Assembly: GCA_030652255.1 (NCBI GenBank)
Contig: JAUSAZ010000012.1
Coordinates: 81,049 to 145,048 of the forward strand
From: Myxococcales bacterium
Lineage (GTDB): Bacteria; Myxococcota_A; Polyangia; Polyangiales; Ga0077539
DNA: 64,000 nt
Direction: 5' to 3'
The notes under the pieces: generated by a model
Database searches by the model: none
Seen by the model: only the letters and a program-made list of their open reading frames with translations
What the model was told of the DNA's origin: nothing
In this document: positions 1 to 7,845 of the stretch, piece after piece
Layout of the letters: each line of letters opens with the position of its first letter
Numbering within the stretch: position 1 is the first letter of the stretch
Position numbers and translations under genes: made by a program

Positions 1-953
1 CCATCGCCTTCGAGCAGGTGCTGCGCTTCGACCTGCGCCAGGCGCTGCGGCTGCCGCGGGTGCTGCGCGGCGGCAGCGAGGCGGCGGGCCTCTTCGACGT
101 GCAGCCCATGATCGACCTGGTCACCCGGGAGATCAGCTGGAAGATGGTCGCGCGCTCGCTCAAGCGGGGGTTGCTGCGCGGGCTCTCGGTGAGCGCGACG
201 GAGATCGCCACCGGGCGCACCACGCTCTTCATGGACACCGCGCCGGAGGTGCCGCTGCCGGTCGGCCTCGGGGCGCGCGTGGTGGTCGAGCGGCAGACCA
301 TCGGGCCGCAGCACGCCCTCGCGAGCGCGGCCATCCCGCTGGTGTTCCCGCCGGTGCGCATCGGCTCGATGCTCTACTGCGACGGCGGCCTGCGGCAGAA
401 CACCCCCATCGCGCCGGCCATCCGCCTCGGGGCCGAGCGCATCCTGGTGATCGGGCTCTCGCGCGAGTCGCGCGGCGCGGTCGTCAACGAGTCGCCCACG
501 AGCCGGGTCAACGAGTCGCCCGGCGCGCTCTTCCTCCTGGGCAAGGTGCTCAACGCCTTCCTGCTCGACCACGTGCAGGCCGACGTCGAGCTGCTCGGGC
601 GCATCAACCAGATCCTCGAGGACGGCGAGCAGGTCGCGGGCCCGGGCTTCGCCGAACGCCTGAGCGCGCACGCCCTCGCGCGCGGCGGCGAGCCCTACCG
701 CAGGGTCGAGACGATGCTGGTGCGGCCCAGCCAGGACATCGGGCGGCTCGCGGCGCAGCACGTCCGGCGCGGCCGGCTCTCCGGGTCGCTGGTCGCGCGG
801 CAGCTCCTCACGCTGCTCGACAACAGCATGAACGACGAGAGCGACCTCGCGAGCTACCTGCTCTTCGACGGCGCCTTCGCCCGCAAGCTCATCGACCTCG
901 GGAGGGCGGACGCGGAGGCCCAGCGCGACCGGCTGCTGGCCTTCCTGGAGTAG
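1..953 (+). CDS. Patatin-like phospholipase, C-terminal part (5' end outside window)
   Basis: Frame is open from base 3 (IAFEQVLRF...). Contains the patatin catalytic-Asp block 'LYCDGGLRQNTPIAPAIRLGAERILVIGL'. Composition is protein-like, unlike the overlapping frames. Stop at 951-953. Confidence 0.75.
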   Translation, partial: IAFEQVLRFDLRQALRLPRVLRGGSEAAGLFDVQPMIDLVTREISWKMVARSLKRGLLRGLSVSATEIATGRTTLFMDTAPEVPLPVGLGARVVVERQTIGPQHALASAAIPLVFPPVRIGSMLYCDGGLRQNTPIAPAIRLGAERILVIGLSRESRGAVVNESPTSRVNESPGALFLLGKVLNAFLLDHVQADVELLGRINQILEDGEQVAGPGFAERLSAHALARGGEPYRRVETMLVRPSQDIGRLAAQHVRRGRLSGSLVARQLLTLLDNSMNDESDLASYLLFDGAFARKLIDLGRADAEAQRDRLLAFLE

Positions 954-964
954 CGGGCGGCGGG

Positions 965-1243
965 CCCATAGGCGCCAGGATAGGGGCGCAACCCGCTGTG
1001 GGACCGGGGTTTGGGCGTTGCCCCTACACCCCGGGCAAGCGATGGCGAGCGCCCCTCCGGGGCTTTCGGACCGACACTCGATGGACCTTCCGGAGAGACG
1101 AATCGGCCGTCTGGAAGGCCGATGAATTTCCTGTTCGACAGCCCGCGGAGCGGGCGCCTGCCTTCGCTTGCCCCGGGGTGTAGGGGCAACGCCCAAACCC
1201 CGGTCCCACAGCGGGTTGCGCTTCTATCCTGGCGCCTATGGGG
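965..1243. repeat. REPIN-like inverted-repeat doublet, same REP family as the RAYT flanks
   Basis: The left arm starts at 965 (cccataggcgccaggata...) and is the near-perfect reverse complement of the right arm ending at 1243 (...tatcctggcgcctatggg). About 75 nt match with 2 substitutions and 1 indel, then the arms become looser. They enclose about 80 nt that forms its own hairpin (ccttcc...ggaagg). The arms share 'gaccggggtt', 'caccccgggcaagcga' and 'gcgcccc' with the repeats flanking the RAYT gene at 3410-4076. Confidence 0.8.
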
Positions 1244-1498
1244 CTCCGGGCTCCAGGAAACTCCGTTGCCCGCTGCGACCTCAGCCACCCGTGCCGGCAC
1301 CCGTCCGGCCGCTGCACCACTGTCTCGCAGTCCGGCGTCGTGAGGTGCTCACCACGTTGCGCGCCGCGGTCTCGTCGTCCACCAGACAGTCCGCCCCGCG
1401 CGCCGCGAGTAGCGCCGCCTGCGCCAGCCACCGGGCGCTCCATCGCGACCCCCAGTACACGCGACGCCGATGACGGTCCCTCGTCGTGCGGTAGTGTC

Positions 1499-2104
1499 TC
1501 AGTTTGAGGTCCGGGTCGGGGACGGGGGCTGTGCGCCGGGCGTGTCGGGACACGCGTTGGCCTGAGACCCATCCCCGCAGATCCCGAGGCGTTGGCGCAG
1601 CGAGGCGTCGAACGCGTCGAAGGCCTCGAGCCGAAGGCGTTCTGCCCGCGGCCTCAGCAAGAGGCTACCCACCAGCTCGGCGACGAAGCCGACAAGCATG
1701 ACGACGGGCCCCGCCCAGAATTCGGCCTGCTCGATGGACTCGTCGCGCGCGCGAAGGAACACGACACCGCCTGCCGCGACGACCGCAACGCCGCCCCACG
1801 TGACGAGCCGTTCGGTGAGCCGCGCAGTGCGATAGCGATCCGTCGATCGCGCGGTGCGCGAGGTCGCATCGACGAGCGGACCCAGGTCTTCTGGATGAGC
1901 GACCTGCGTGCCATCGGCCAGCGTCATGTACAGCTCGGCGGGTATCGTGGAAGCTCGGCCGACGACGGGGTGCAGGCGCATATAGGTCGCCGCGCGCGCC
2001 GCGAATGGCGCTTGTCGATACGGGGCAGGCGAGAACCGAACGTGAGGGAAGCAACCCTCGGCGGCGAGCACGAACACCAGCGCGGCGGCGTCGGGTTTCC
2101 TCAC
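1499..2104 (-). CDS. Hypothetical membrane/lipoprotein-like protein
   Basis: 201-aa ORF. N-terminus 'AALVFVLAAEGC' is signal/lipobox-like, and there are two hydrophobic segments later (GGVAVVAAGGVVFL, GPVVMLVGFVAELVGSLLL). Composition is more protein-like than the overlapping frames. No family recognised. Confidence 0.5.
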   Translation of the reverse strand: MRKPDAAALVFVLAAEGCFPHVRFSPAPYRQAPFAARAATYMRLHPVVGRASTIPAELYMTLADGTQVAHPEDLGPLVDATSRTARSTDRYRTARLTERLVTWGGVAVVAAGGVVFLRARDESIEQAEFWAGPVVMLVGFVAELVGSLLLRPRAERLRLEAFDAFDASLRQRLGICGDGSQANACPDTPGAQPPSPTRTSN

Positions 2105-2217
2105 GGCCGCGCGAGTCTACCCGCTCGCCGTCGGCGGCGTCCCTCCGCGCTTCTTCGATCCCCACGCGGCGACCGCGGCGGCGGGATCAACGCGATGAGG
2201 TCGTTGAGGCCCCACAC

Positions 2218-2409
2218 CCGTGGCAACCATCCTCCGACGTCCCTGCCCCCACTCCGAGGTCATGGCGCCCACCCTCCGACCCGCCTGCCATGACCCCCTT
2301 GGTCGTGGCAGCCGCCCTCCGACCCGCCTGCCGTGACCCCCGTGGTCATGGCGGCCACCCTCCAACCCGCCTGCCATGAACTCCGTGGTCGTGGCAGCCA
2401 CCCCGACCC
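2218..2409 (+). repeat. 43-bp tandem hairpin repeat array (about 4.5 units)
   Basis: Exact-period units lie at 2258-2300, 2301-2343 and 2344-2386, with a degenerate unit before and a partial unit after. Each unit is ggtc(a/g)tggc-N21-gcc(a/g)tgacc, a 9-bp stem. The array sits in the divergent intergenic region upstream of the 2499 CDS. Confidence 0.85.
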
Positions 2410-2498
2410 ACGCGCGCATCCCCCGAAGGAAAATCTCACGCACCACGAAACCTCACGCGTGCGCTCCCCGATGACGTCGGCAGGAGGTCACGTTCATC

Positions 2499-3344
2499 AT
2501 GCCCAAGCCCACCAACACCGCGTCTAGTTCCCCCGCCCCCGTCGCCCCCTCGAAGAAGGCGGCCCCCGCCGACGGCGCTCCCGCCGTCCCCACCGTCCTC
2601 GGCTCCGCAGACGCCCTCGCGATCCACCGCGGCGCCGCGGGCACCCTCCGGCTCGCGGAGGTGATCCCGTTCCGCGCCGACGCCGACCTCGCGTACTACA
2701 ACGCGATGCGCGGCCGCGACGCCCTCCTCGCGGCCCGCCCGGCCGTCGAGGCCAGCGGGTTCCGCGCCGACTGGGCCCGCATCGATGCGCTGGGCTCGCT
2801 CGGCCTCGCGATGGCCTACACCGCGAGCCGCGTCGAGGCCCTGCCCCGCGAGTCCAACGAGGTGCTCGACCTGCTCCGCGAGGCGCGCCCCCTCCGCCGC
2901 GTGCTCCTCTCCCACGCGCGCACCCTGTCCCTCCTCGATCGCTGCCCCGCCAAAGAGGTCGCGCGCATCGAGAAGGGCACCGGGGCCCGCGACGTCGCCA
3001 ACGACCTCGCCGACCTCGCCGCGCTCTACCTCGCGCACGACCTCGTCATCGCTGGCGGTACGGTCCAGACCGAGCAGGTCCGGCGCGCGGAGGTCCTCGG
3101 GGCCGCCCTGATCGAGAAGATCCGCCCCGCGTCGGCGGTCCGCCCGAGCCGCCGGACGGCCGACCAGCAGAGCGCGATGGCCCTGCGCGACCGCGTCTGG
3201 ACACTGTTCGTCCGCGCCTACGAGCACATCGAGCTCGCCGCGGGCGCCGTCTGGGGGCGCCACGTAAACAAGCACCTCCCGTCGCTCCAGGCTCGGGCCG
3301 TCGCACGCAAGCCGGCAACGAAGACCGCGGCCCCGACGGGCTGA
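2499..3344 (+). CDS. Hypothetical protein (Pro/Ala-rich N-terminus, helical body)
   Basis: 281-aa ORF with a GGAGG about 11 nt upstream of the ATG. Amino-acid composition is balanced (D, E, L, Y, W, H present). No family recognised. Confidence 0.55.
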   Translation: MPKPTNTASSSPAPVAPSKKAAPADGAPAVPTVLGSADALAIHRGAAGTLRLAEVIPFRADADLAYYNAMRGRDALLAARPAVEASGFRADWARIDALGSLGLAMAYTASRVEALPRESNEVLDLLREARPLRRVLLSHARTLSLLDRCPAKEVARIEKGTGARDVANDLADLAALYLAHDLVIAGGTVQTEQVRRAEVLGAALIEKIRPASAVRPSRRTADQQSAMALRDRVWTLFVRAYEHIELAAGAVWGRHVNKHLPSLQARAVARKPATKTAAPTG

Positions 3345-3409
3345 CCGAGCCACCCACATCATCGCTCAACAGACGCCCCGACGTACGGGCCTCATCGTCG
3401 ATGCCCGTT

Positions 3410-4076
3410 CGACCCGCCACCAGACCGGGGTTGGTCGCGTCCCGCGCCTGCACCCCGGGCAAGCGAAGGCACGCGCCCCTGATGGGGCTGCCGGAATGAC
3501 CTCACGCGGGTCCGCGGTGCAGCGGGCCAAGGGAAGATTGGCAAAGGCGATGTCGTCCTCGTACACAAAGCTCTTCGTGCACTTCGTGTGGGCGACGAGG
3601 TTCAGGGAGCACTCCATCACGCCCGTGCTCGCTCCGCGCATCCACGGGTACCTCTCGTCGCGCTGTCGCGCCATGAACTGCATCCCGCTCGCCGTGGGCG
3701 GTGTTTCCGACCACGCGCACGTGTTGGTCTGGATGTCACCCGAGGTTGGCGTGGCCCAGCTTGCCCGCGAGCTCAAGGCGCCCACGACCCGCTTCATCCA
3801 CCGCGAACTCAATCTCCCGGAGTTCGCATGGCAGGAGGGGTACGGCGCGTTCACGTTGCGGGAGTCGGAGATCGAAGTCGTACGGCGCTACGTCGACAAC
3901 CAGCCTCGCCATCACGCCGAAGGCTCCGTCGTCGAGGAGTGGGAACAATCCCAACCTCTGCCCGTGGGGGAGACGCAATAGAGTTCCTGCCGAAAGCCCC
4001 CGTTGCGGGGGCGCCTGCATTCGCTTGCCCGGGGTGCAGGCGCGGGACGCGACCAACCCCGGTCTGGTGGCGGGTC
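3410..4076 (+). mobile_element. RAYT cassette: REP-associated tyrosine transposase gene bracketed by inverted REP arms
   Basis: 3411-3467 is identical over 57 consecutive nt to the reverse complement of 4020-4076, and 10 of the next 12 nt also match. The only ORF between the arms is an IS200/IS605-type Y1 (HUH) transposase homologue. Confidence 0.75.
3496..3981 (+). CDS. IS200/IS605-family Y1 (HUH) transposase-like protein, REP-associated (RAYT)
   Basis: Motifs are 'KLFVHFVWATRFRE' at the N-terminus, the HUH motif 'SDHAHVLVWM', and a catalytic-Tyr motif Y-x3-Q in 'VVRRYVDNQPRHH'. Length is about 145-160 aa. The true start is possibly the ATG at 3550 (MSSSYTKLF...). Confidence 0.85.
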   Translation: MTSRGSAVQRAKGRLAKAMSSSYTKLFVHFVWATRFREHSITPVLAPRIHGYLSSRCRAMNCIPLAVGGVSDHAHVLVWMSPEVGVAQLARELKAPTTRFIHRELNLPEFAWQEGYGAFTLRESEIEVVRRYVDNQPRHHAEGSVVEEWEQSQPLPVGETQ

Positions 4077-4105
4077 CCGACGAACCTCCAGCCCGCGATC
4101 CCCGC

Positions 4106-4744
4106 TCAGATCCGCAGCGCGGCGTGGAGCCCGAGGGTCACCTGGAGCCCGACGCTGTCACCCGTGTTGGTGAACATCACGCTGGCCGGCGAGGCCGCGC
4201 GGGTGAGGTTGAGGAAGGTCACGTCGAGGTTGGCGCCGAGGGTGAAGTGGCTGCTGATGGCGAGGTCGATGCCGCCGCCCACCGAGCCGAACCAGCCCGA
4301 CACCTTCGGGCACGACGCCCCGCTGCCGCTGGCGCCGCAGGCGAGGTAGCGCGGGTCGGGGTTGAGGTCGCCGAGCCACGCGTACCCGACGCCCACGCGC
4401 CCGAAGGGCTGGATGAAGGGCACCGGGATGCGCAGCTCGATGAAGAGCCCCGCGTTGCCGATGTCGTAGGCGGCGTAGCGCGCGAGGTCGACCCGGGCGC
4501 CGCCGGTGACGGGCCCGAAGCGCATGCCCGCGAGCAGGCCGAAGCGCGGACCGAAGCCGGTGGTGCTCGACGCCGAGGGGAAGAGCCCGTCGTTGCTGAC
4601 GGCGACGACGTTGGCGTACGAGACCCCGACCTCGGGCTGGAGCACCAGCCAGTCGTGCGAGAGCAGGCTCTGCGCGGAGGCCTCGGCGCCCGCGAGCGCG
4701 GAGGCCACGGCGAGCGCGGCGGAGAGGCGGCGGGCGCGGGTCAC
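4106..4744 (-). CDS. Outer-membrane beta-barrel protein (OmpA-like/porin-family)
   Basis: Signal peptide '[20 protein letters not shown]'. Alternating Gly/aromatic beta-strand pattern, with terminal '[14 protein letters not shown]'. Its start overlaps the yacG stop by 4 nt. Confidence 0.7.
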   Translation of the reverse strand: MTRARRLSAALAVASALAGAEASAQSLLSHDWLVLQPEVGVSYANVVAVSNDGLFPSASSTTGFGPRFGLLAGMRFGPVTGGARVDLARYAAYDIGNAGLFIELRIPVPFIQPFGRVGVGYAWLGDLNPDPRYLACGASGSGASCPKVSGWFGSVGGGIDLAISSHFTLGANLDVTFLNLTRAASPASVMFTNTGDSVGLQVTLGLHAALRI

Positions 4745-4953
4745 GAGACCCGCCGGGGGTCGGGGTTGCGCACCGACGCGAGGGCGAGCTCCTCCTCGGA
4801 GGGGAGCTCGTCACGCACCGGGATGCTGTACGCGCCGTCGAGCCATCGACCGAGGTCGACGTCCCGGCAGCGCGACGAGCAGAACGGTGCGGAGGGGTTC
4901 TCCGGGCGACCGGCCCGGACGACGGCCTTGCAGATGGGACAGCGGCTCTCCAT
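4741..4953 (-). CDS. yacG: DNA gyrase inhibitor YacG (zinc finger)
   Basis: 70 aa. 'CPICK...[22 protein letters not shown]' matches the YacG CxxC...PFCSxRCxxxDLGxW signature. Confidence 0.85.
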   Translation of the reverse strand: MESRCPICKAVVRAGRPENPSAPFCSSRCRDVDLGRWLDGAYSIPVRDELPSEEELALASVRNPDPRRVS

Positions 4954-4980
4954 GGCCGCGGAGTGTACCGCGGCGGGGGC

Positions 4981-7782
4981 CTACAGGAAGTCGACCGCCA
5001 TCGTCTGCGACGGCGCGGCGCAGGTGGCCGAGTTGACCCCGCCCCAGTTGGAGCCCTGGCACGGGCGCACGATGTACCCGGTGGGGCAGTTGGACGGGCT
5101 GCAGGTCGCGGGCGGGTCGATCCACAGCTCGCCGTTGTAGCGGCTGCCGCAGAGCGACCAGACGCGGCCGTCGCAGCTCATGCTGAAGTTGGTCCCGGTG
5201 CGCAGCGCCGTCGCGAGCCCGTTGACCACCACGGGGTTGGTGCACGAGATGCCCGTGGGGTTGAAGGTCCCGCGGATGGTCACCCGCGAGTAGGTCGTCC
5301 CGAGGCCCGCGCGCCAGGTGTTCCAGTCCGTGCACGCCGAGGGGGGCGGGTCGACGTTGGTCACGAACGACCCGCTGTACGTGCGCGCGCCGCTCGCGCA
5401 CACGCCCGCCGTGCACACGCCGCTCGCGCAGCGGTTGCCGCAGGCGCCGCAGTTCGAGGCGCTCGTGCGCAGGTCGACCTCGCAGCCGTTGGCCGCGCTG
5501 CCGTCGCAGTTGCCGAAGCCCGCGTTGCAGGCCGCCACGGCGCACGTGCCCGCAGCGCAGGCCGCGGTGCCGTTGGCCACGACGCAGCGGTTGCCGCACG
5601 CGCCGCAGTGGCTGACGTTCGTGGCGCTGTTGACCTCGCAGCCGTCGCCACCCGTGCCGTTGCAGTCGCGGAAGGCGCCCGTGCACGCCGCGATGGAGCA
5701 CGCCCCGCCCACGCAGGCCGCGGTGGCGTTGACGAAGCTGCACGCCCGGCCGCACGAGCCGCAGTTGGCGACGTCCGAGGCGATGCCCGCCTCGCAGCCG
5801 TTGCCCGCGGCGGCGTCGCAGTCGCGGAAGCCCGCGTTGCAGGCGTAGTTGCACGCGCCCGACGCGCACACCGCCGCGGCGTTGGGCCGCGCGGCGCAGC
5901 GCAGGCCGCAGGCGCTGCAGTTGTTGGGGTCGGTCTGCGTGCTGGTGCACGCGCCGCTGCACTCGGTCTGCCCCGCCGCGCAGCTCGCCCGGCACGCCCC
6001 GCCGGAGCACACCTGCCCCGCCGCGCAGCGCACCCCGCAGCCGCCGCAGGCCGCCGGGTCGGTCTGGGTGTTGGTCTCGCAGCCGTTGGCCGCGTCGCCG
6101 TCGCAGTTGACGAAGCCCGCGGCGCAGGCGCCGATCGCGCAGCGCCCCGCGGTGCACGCCGCCGCGGCGTTGGCGAAGCGGCACTGGAGCCCGCACGCGC
6201 CGCAGTTGGTGAGCGAGTTGAGCGCCGTCTCGCAGCCGTTGCCCGCGTTGCCGTCGCAGTCGCCGAAGCCCGCGTTGCACGCGTAGCCGCAGCGCCCCGC
6301 GCAGAACACCGTCGCGTTGGCCGGCCGCGCGCAGCGGTTGCCGCAGCTGGTGCAGTTGTCCGGGTCGTTGGCCACGTTGCGGCACGCGCCCGCGCAGTCC
6401 GTGAGCCCCGCGCCGCAGTTGGGCTGGCACGCCCCCGCGACGCAGCCCTCGCCCGCCGCGCAGCGCACCCCGCACGCGCCGCAGTTGGCGCCGTCGGTGC
6501 GGGTGTTGGTCTCGCAGCCGTCCACGTCCATGGCGTTGCAGTTGTCGAAGCCCGCCGCGCAGGCCCCGCGCGCGCAGCCCGAGCTCGTGCAGCTCGCGCC
6601 CGCGTTGGGGTACCGGCACGCCACGCCGCAGCCGCCGCAGTTGGCGACGTCGTCGAGCGCGGCCTCGCAGCCGTTGCTCGCGTCCCCGTCGCAGTCGCCG
6701 AAGCCGCGGGCGCACTCCACCCCGCAGCGCCCCGCCGTGCAGAACGCCGCGCCGTTGGCCGGCGCCGGGCACACCGTCCCGCAGGCGCCGCAGCCCGCCG
6801 GGTCGGTCTGGAGGTTGCGGCACGCGCCCGAGCAGTTGCTCAATCCGCCGCCGCAGGTCGCGACGCACGCACCCATCGAGCACACCTCGCCCTCCGCGCA
6901 GGCGAGCCCGCAGAGGCCGCAGTTGGCCCGGTCGGTCTGCAGGTCGCGGCACACGCCCGAGCACTCCGTCGTGCCGGCGCCGCAGCTCACCTGGCAGGCC
7001 CCGCGCACGCACACCTCGCCGGCGGCGCACGCCGTCCCGCACGCGCCGCAGTGGGCGCGGTCGCCCTGGAGGTCGCGGCACACGCCCGCGCACTCGGTGG
7101 TCCCGGTCGCGCACGACGCCCCGCACAGGCCCATCGAGCAGAGCTGGCCCGCGTCGCACGCCCGGCCGCAGGCGCCGCAGTTGGCGCGGTCGTTCTGGAG
7201 GTCACGGCACGCGTCGCCGCACGCCGTCGTGCCGCCGCCGCAGGTGGTCACGCAGGCCCCCGCCGCGCAGATCTGCCCGGGTCCGCAGGCCACGCCGCAC
7301 GCGCCGCAGTTGTCCCGGTCGGTGCGGGTGTTGGCGCAGTAGCGCGCCGCGCCCGCCCCCGCGTCGCCGCCGCCGGCGCACTGCGCGAGCATCGGGCCGC
7401 ACTCCAGGGCGCACTGGCCCATGGCGCACACCAGCCCGGCGGAGCACGCCGCGCCGCAGGCGCCGCAGTGGGCGCGGTCGGTGTCCGTCGAGACGCAGCG
7501 GTCGCCGCAGAGCACCTGCCCCGCGGGGCACGAGGGGCGGCACTGCCCCGCCGCGCAGACCTGCGTGCGCGGGCACGCCGTGCCGCAAGCGCCGCAGTGG
7601 AGGGGGTCGTCGGCGAGGGTGACGCAGGCGCCGCCGCAGGCCACCTGGCCCGCAGCGCAGGTCACGTCCGCGGGGACGTCGAGCCCGCCGCCGTCGACCA
7701 CGGCGGGCGCCGGGTCGCTGGTACAGCCGAAGAGGGTGAGCGCGAACGCGAACCAGAGCAGGTGGCGATGGGAGGTCTGCAT
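4981..7782 (-). CDS. Cys-rich repeat lipoprotein (myxobacterial disulfide-repeat type)
   Basis: Lipoprotein signal 'FAFALTLFGC'. It is followed by more than 20 copies of C-x2-C-G-x-x-C-x(5-8)-C-x2-G-x-C modules (for example 'HCGACGTACPRTQVCAAGQC') and a non-repetitive C-terminal domain of about 170 aa. Confidence 0.85.
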   Translation of the reverse strand: MQTSHRHLLWFAFALTLFGCTSDPAPAVVDGGGLDVPADVTCAAGQVACGGACVTLADDPLHCGACGTACPRTQVCAAGQCRPSCPAGQVLCGDRCVSTDTDRAHCGACGAACSAGLVCAMGQCALECGPMLAQCAGGGDAGAGAARYCANTRTDRDNCGACGVACGPGQICAAGACVTTCGGGTTACGDACRDLQNDRANCGACGRACDAGQLCSMGLCGASCATGTTECAGVCRDLQGDRAHCGACGTACAAGEVCVRGACQVSCGAGTTECSGVCRDLQTDRANCGLCGLACAEGEVCSMGACVATCGGGLSNCSGACRNLQTDPAGCGACGTVCPAPANGAAFCTAGRCGVECARGFGDCDGDASNGCEAALDDVANCGGCGVACRYPNAGASCTSSGCARGACAAGFDNCNAMDVDGCETNTRTDGANCGACGVRCAAGEGCVAGACQPNCGAGLTDCAGACRNVANDPDNCTSCGNRCARPANATVFCAGRCGYACNAGFGDCDGNAGNGCETALNSLTNCGACGLQCRFANAAAACTAGRCAIGACAAGFVNCDGDAANGCETNTQTDPAACGGCGVRCAAGQVCSGGACRASCAAGQTECSGACTSTQTDPNNCSACGLRCAARPNAAAVCASGACNYACNAGFRDCDAAAGNGCEAGIASDVANCGSCGRACSFVNATAACVGGACSIAACTGAFRDCNGTGGDGCEVNSATNVSHCGACGNRCVVANGTAACAAGTCAVAACNAGFGNCDGSAANGCEVDLRTSASNCGACGNRCASGVCTAGVCASGARTYSGSFVTNVDPPPSACTDWNTWRAGLGTTYSRVTIRGTFNPTGISCTNPVVVNGLATALRTGTNFSMSCDGRVWSLCGSRYNGELWIDPPATCSPSNCPTGYIVRPCQGSNWGGVNSATCAAPSQTMAVDFL

Positions 7783-7845
7783 GTACCCCGCAGAGCTACC
7801 GGAACCCGCCGCGGGCGTCGAGCGCCACGCGCCCCGGGGATGTCC

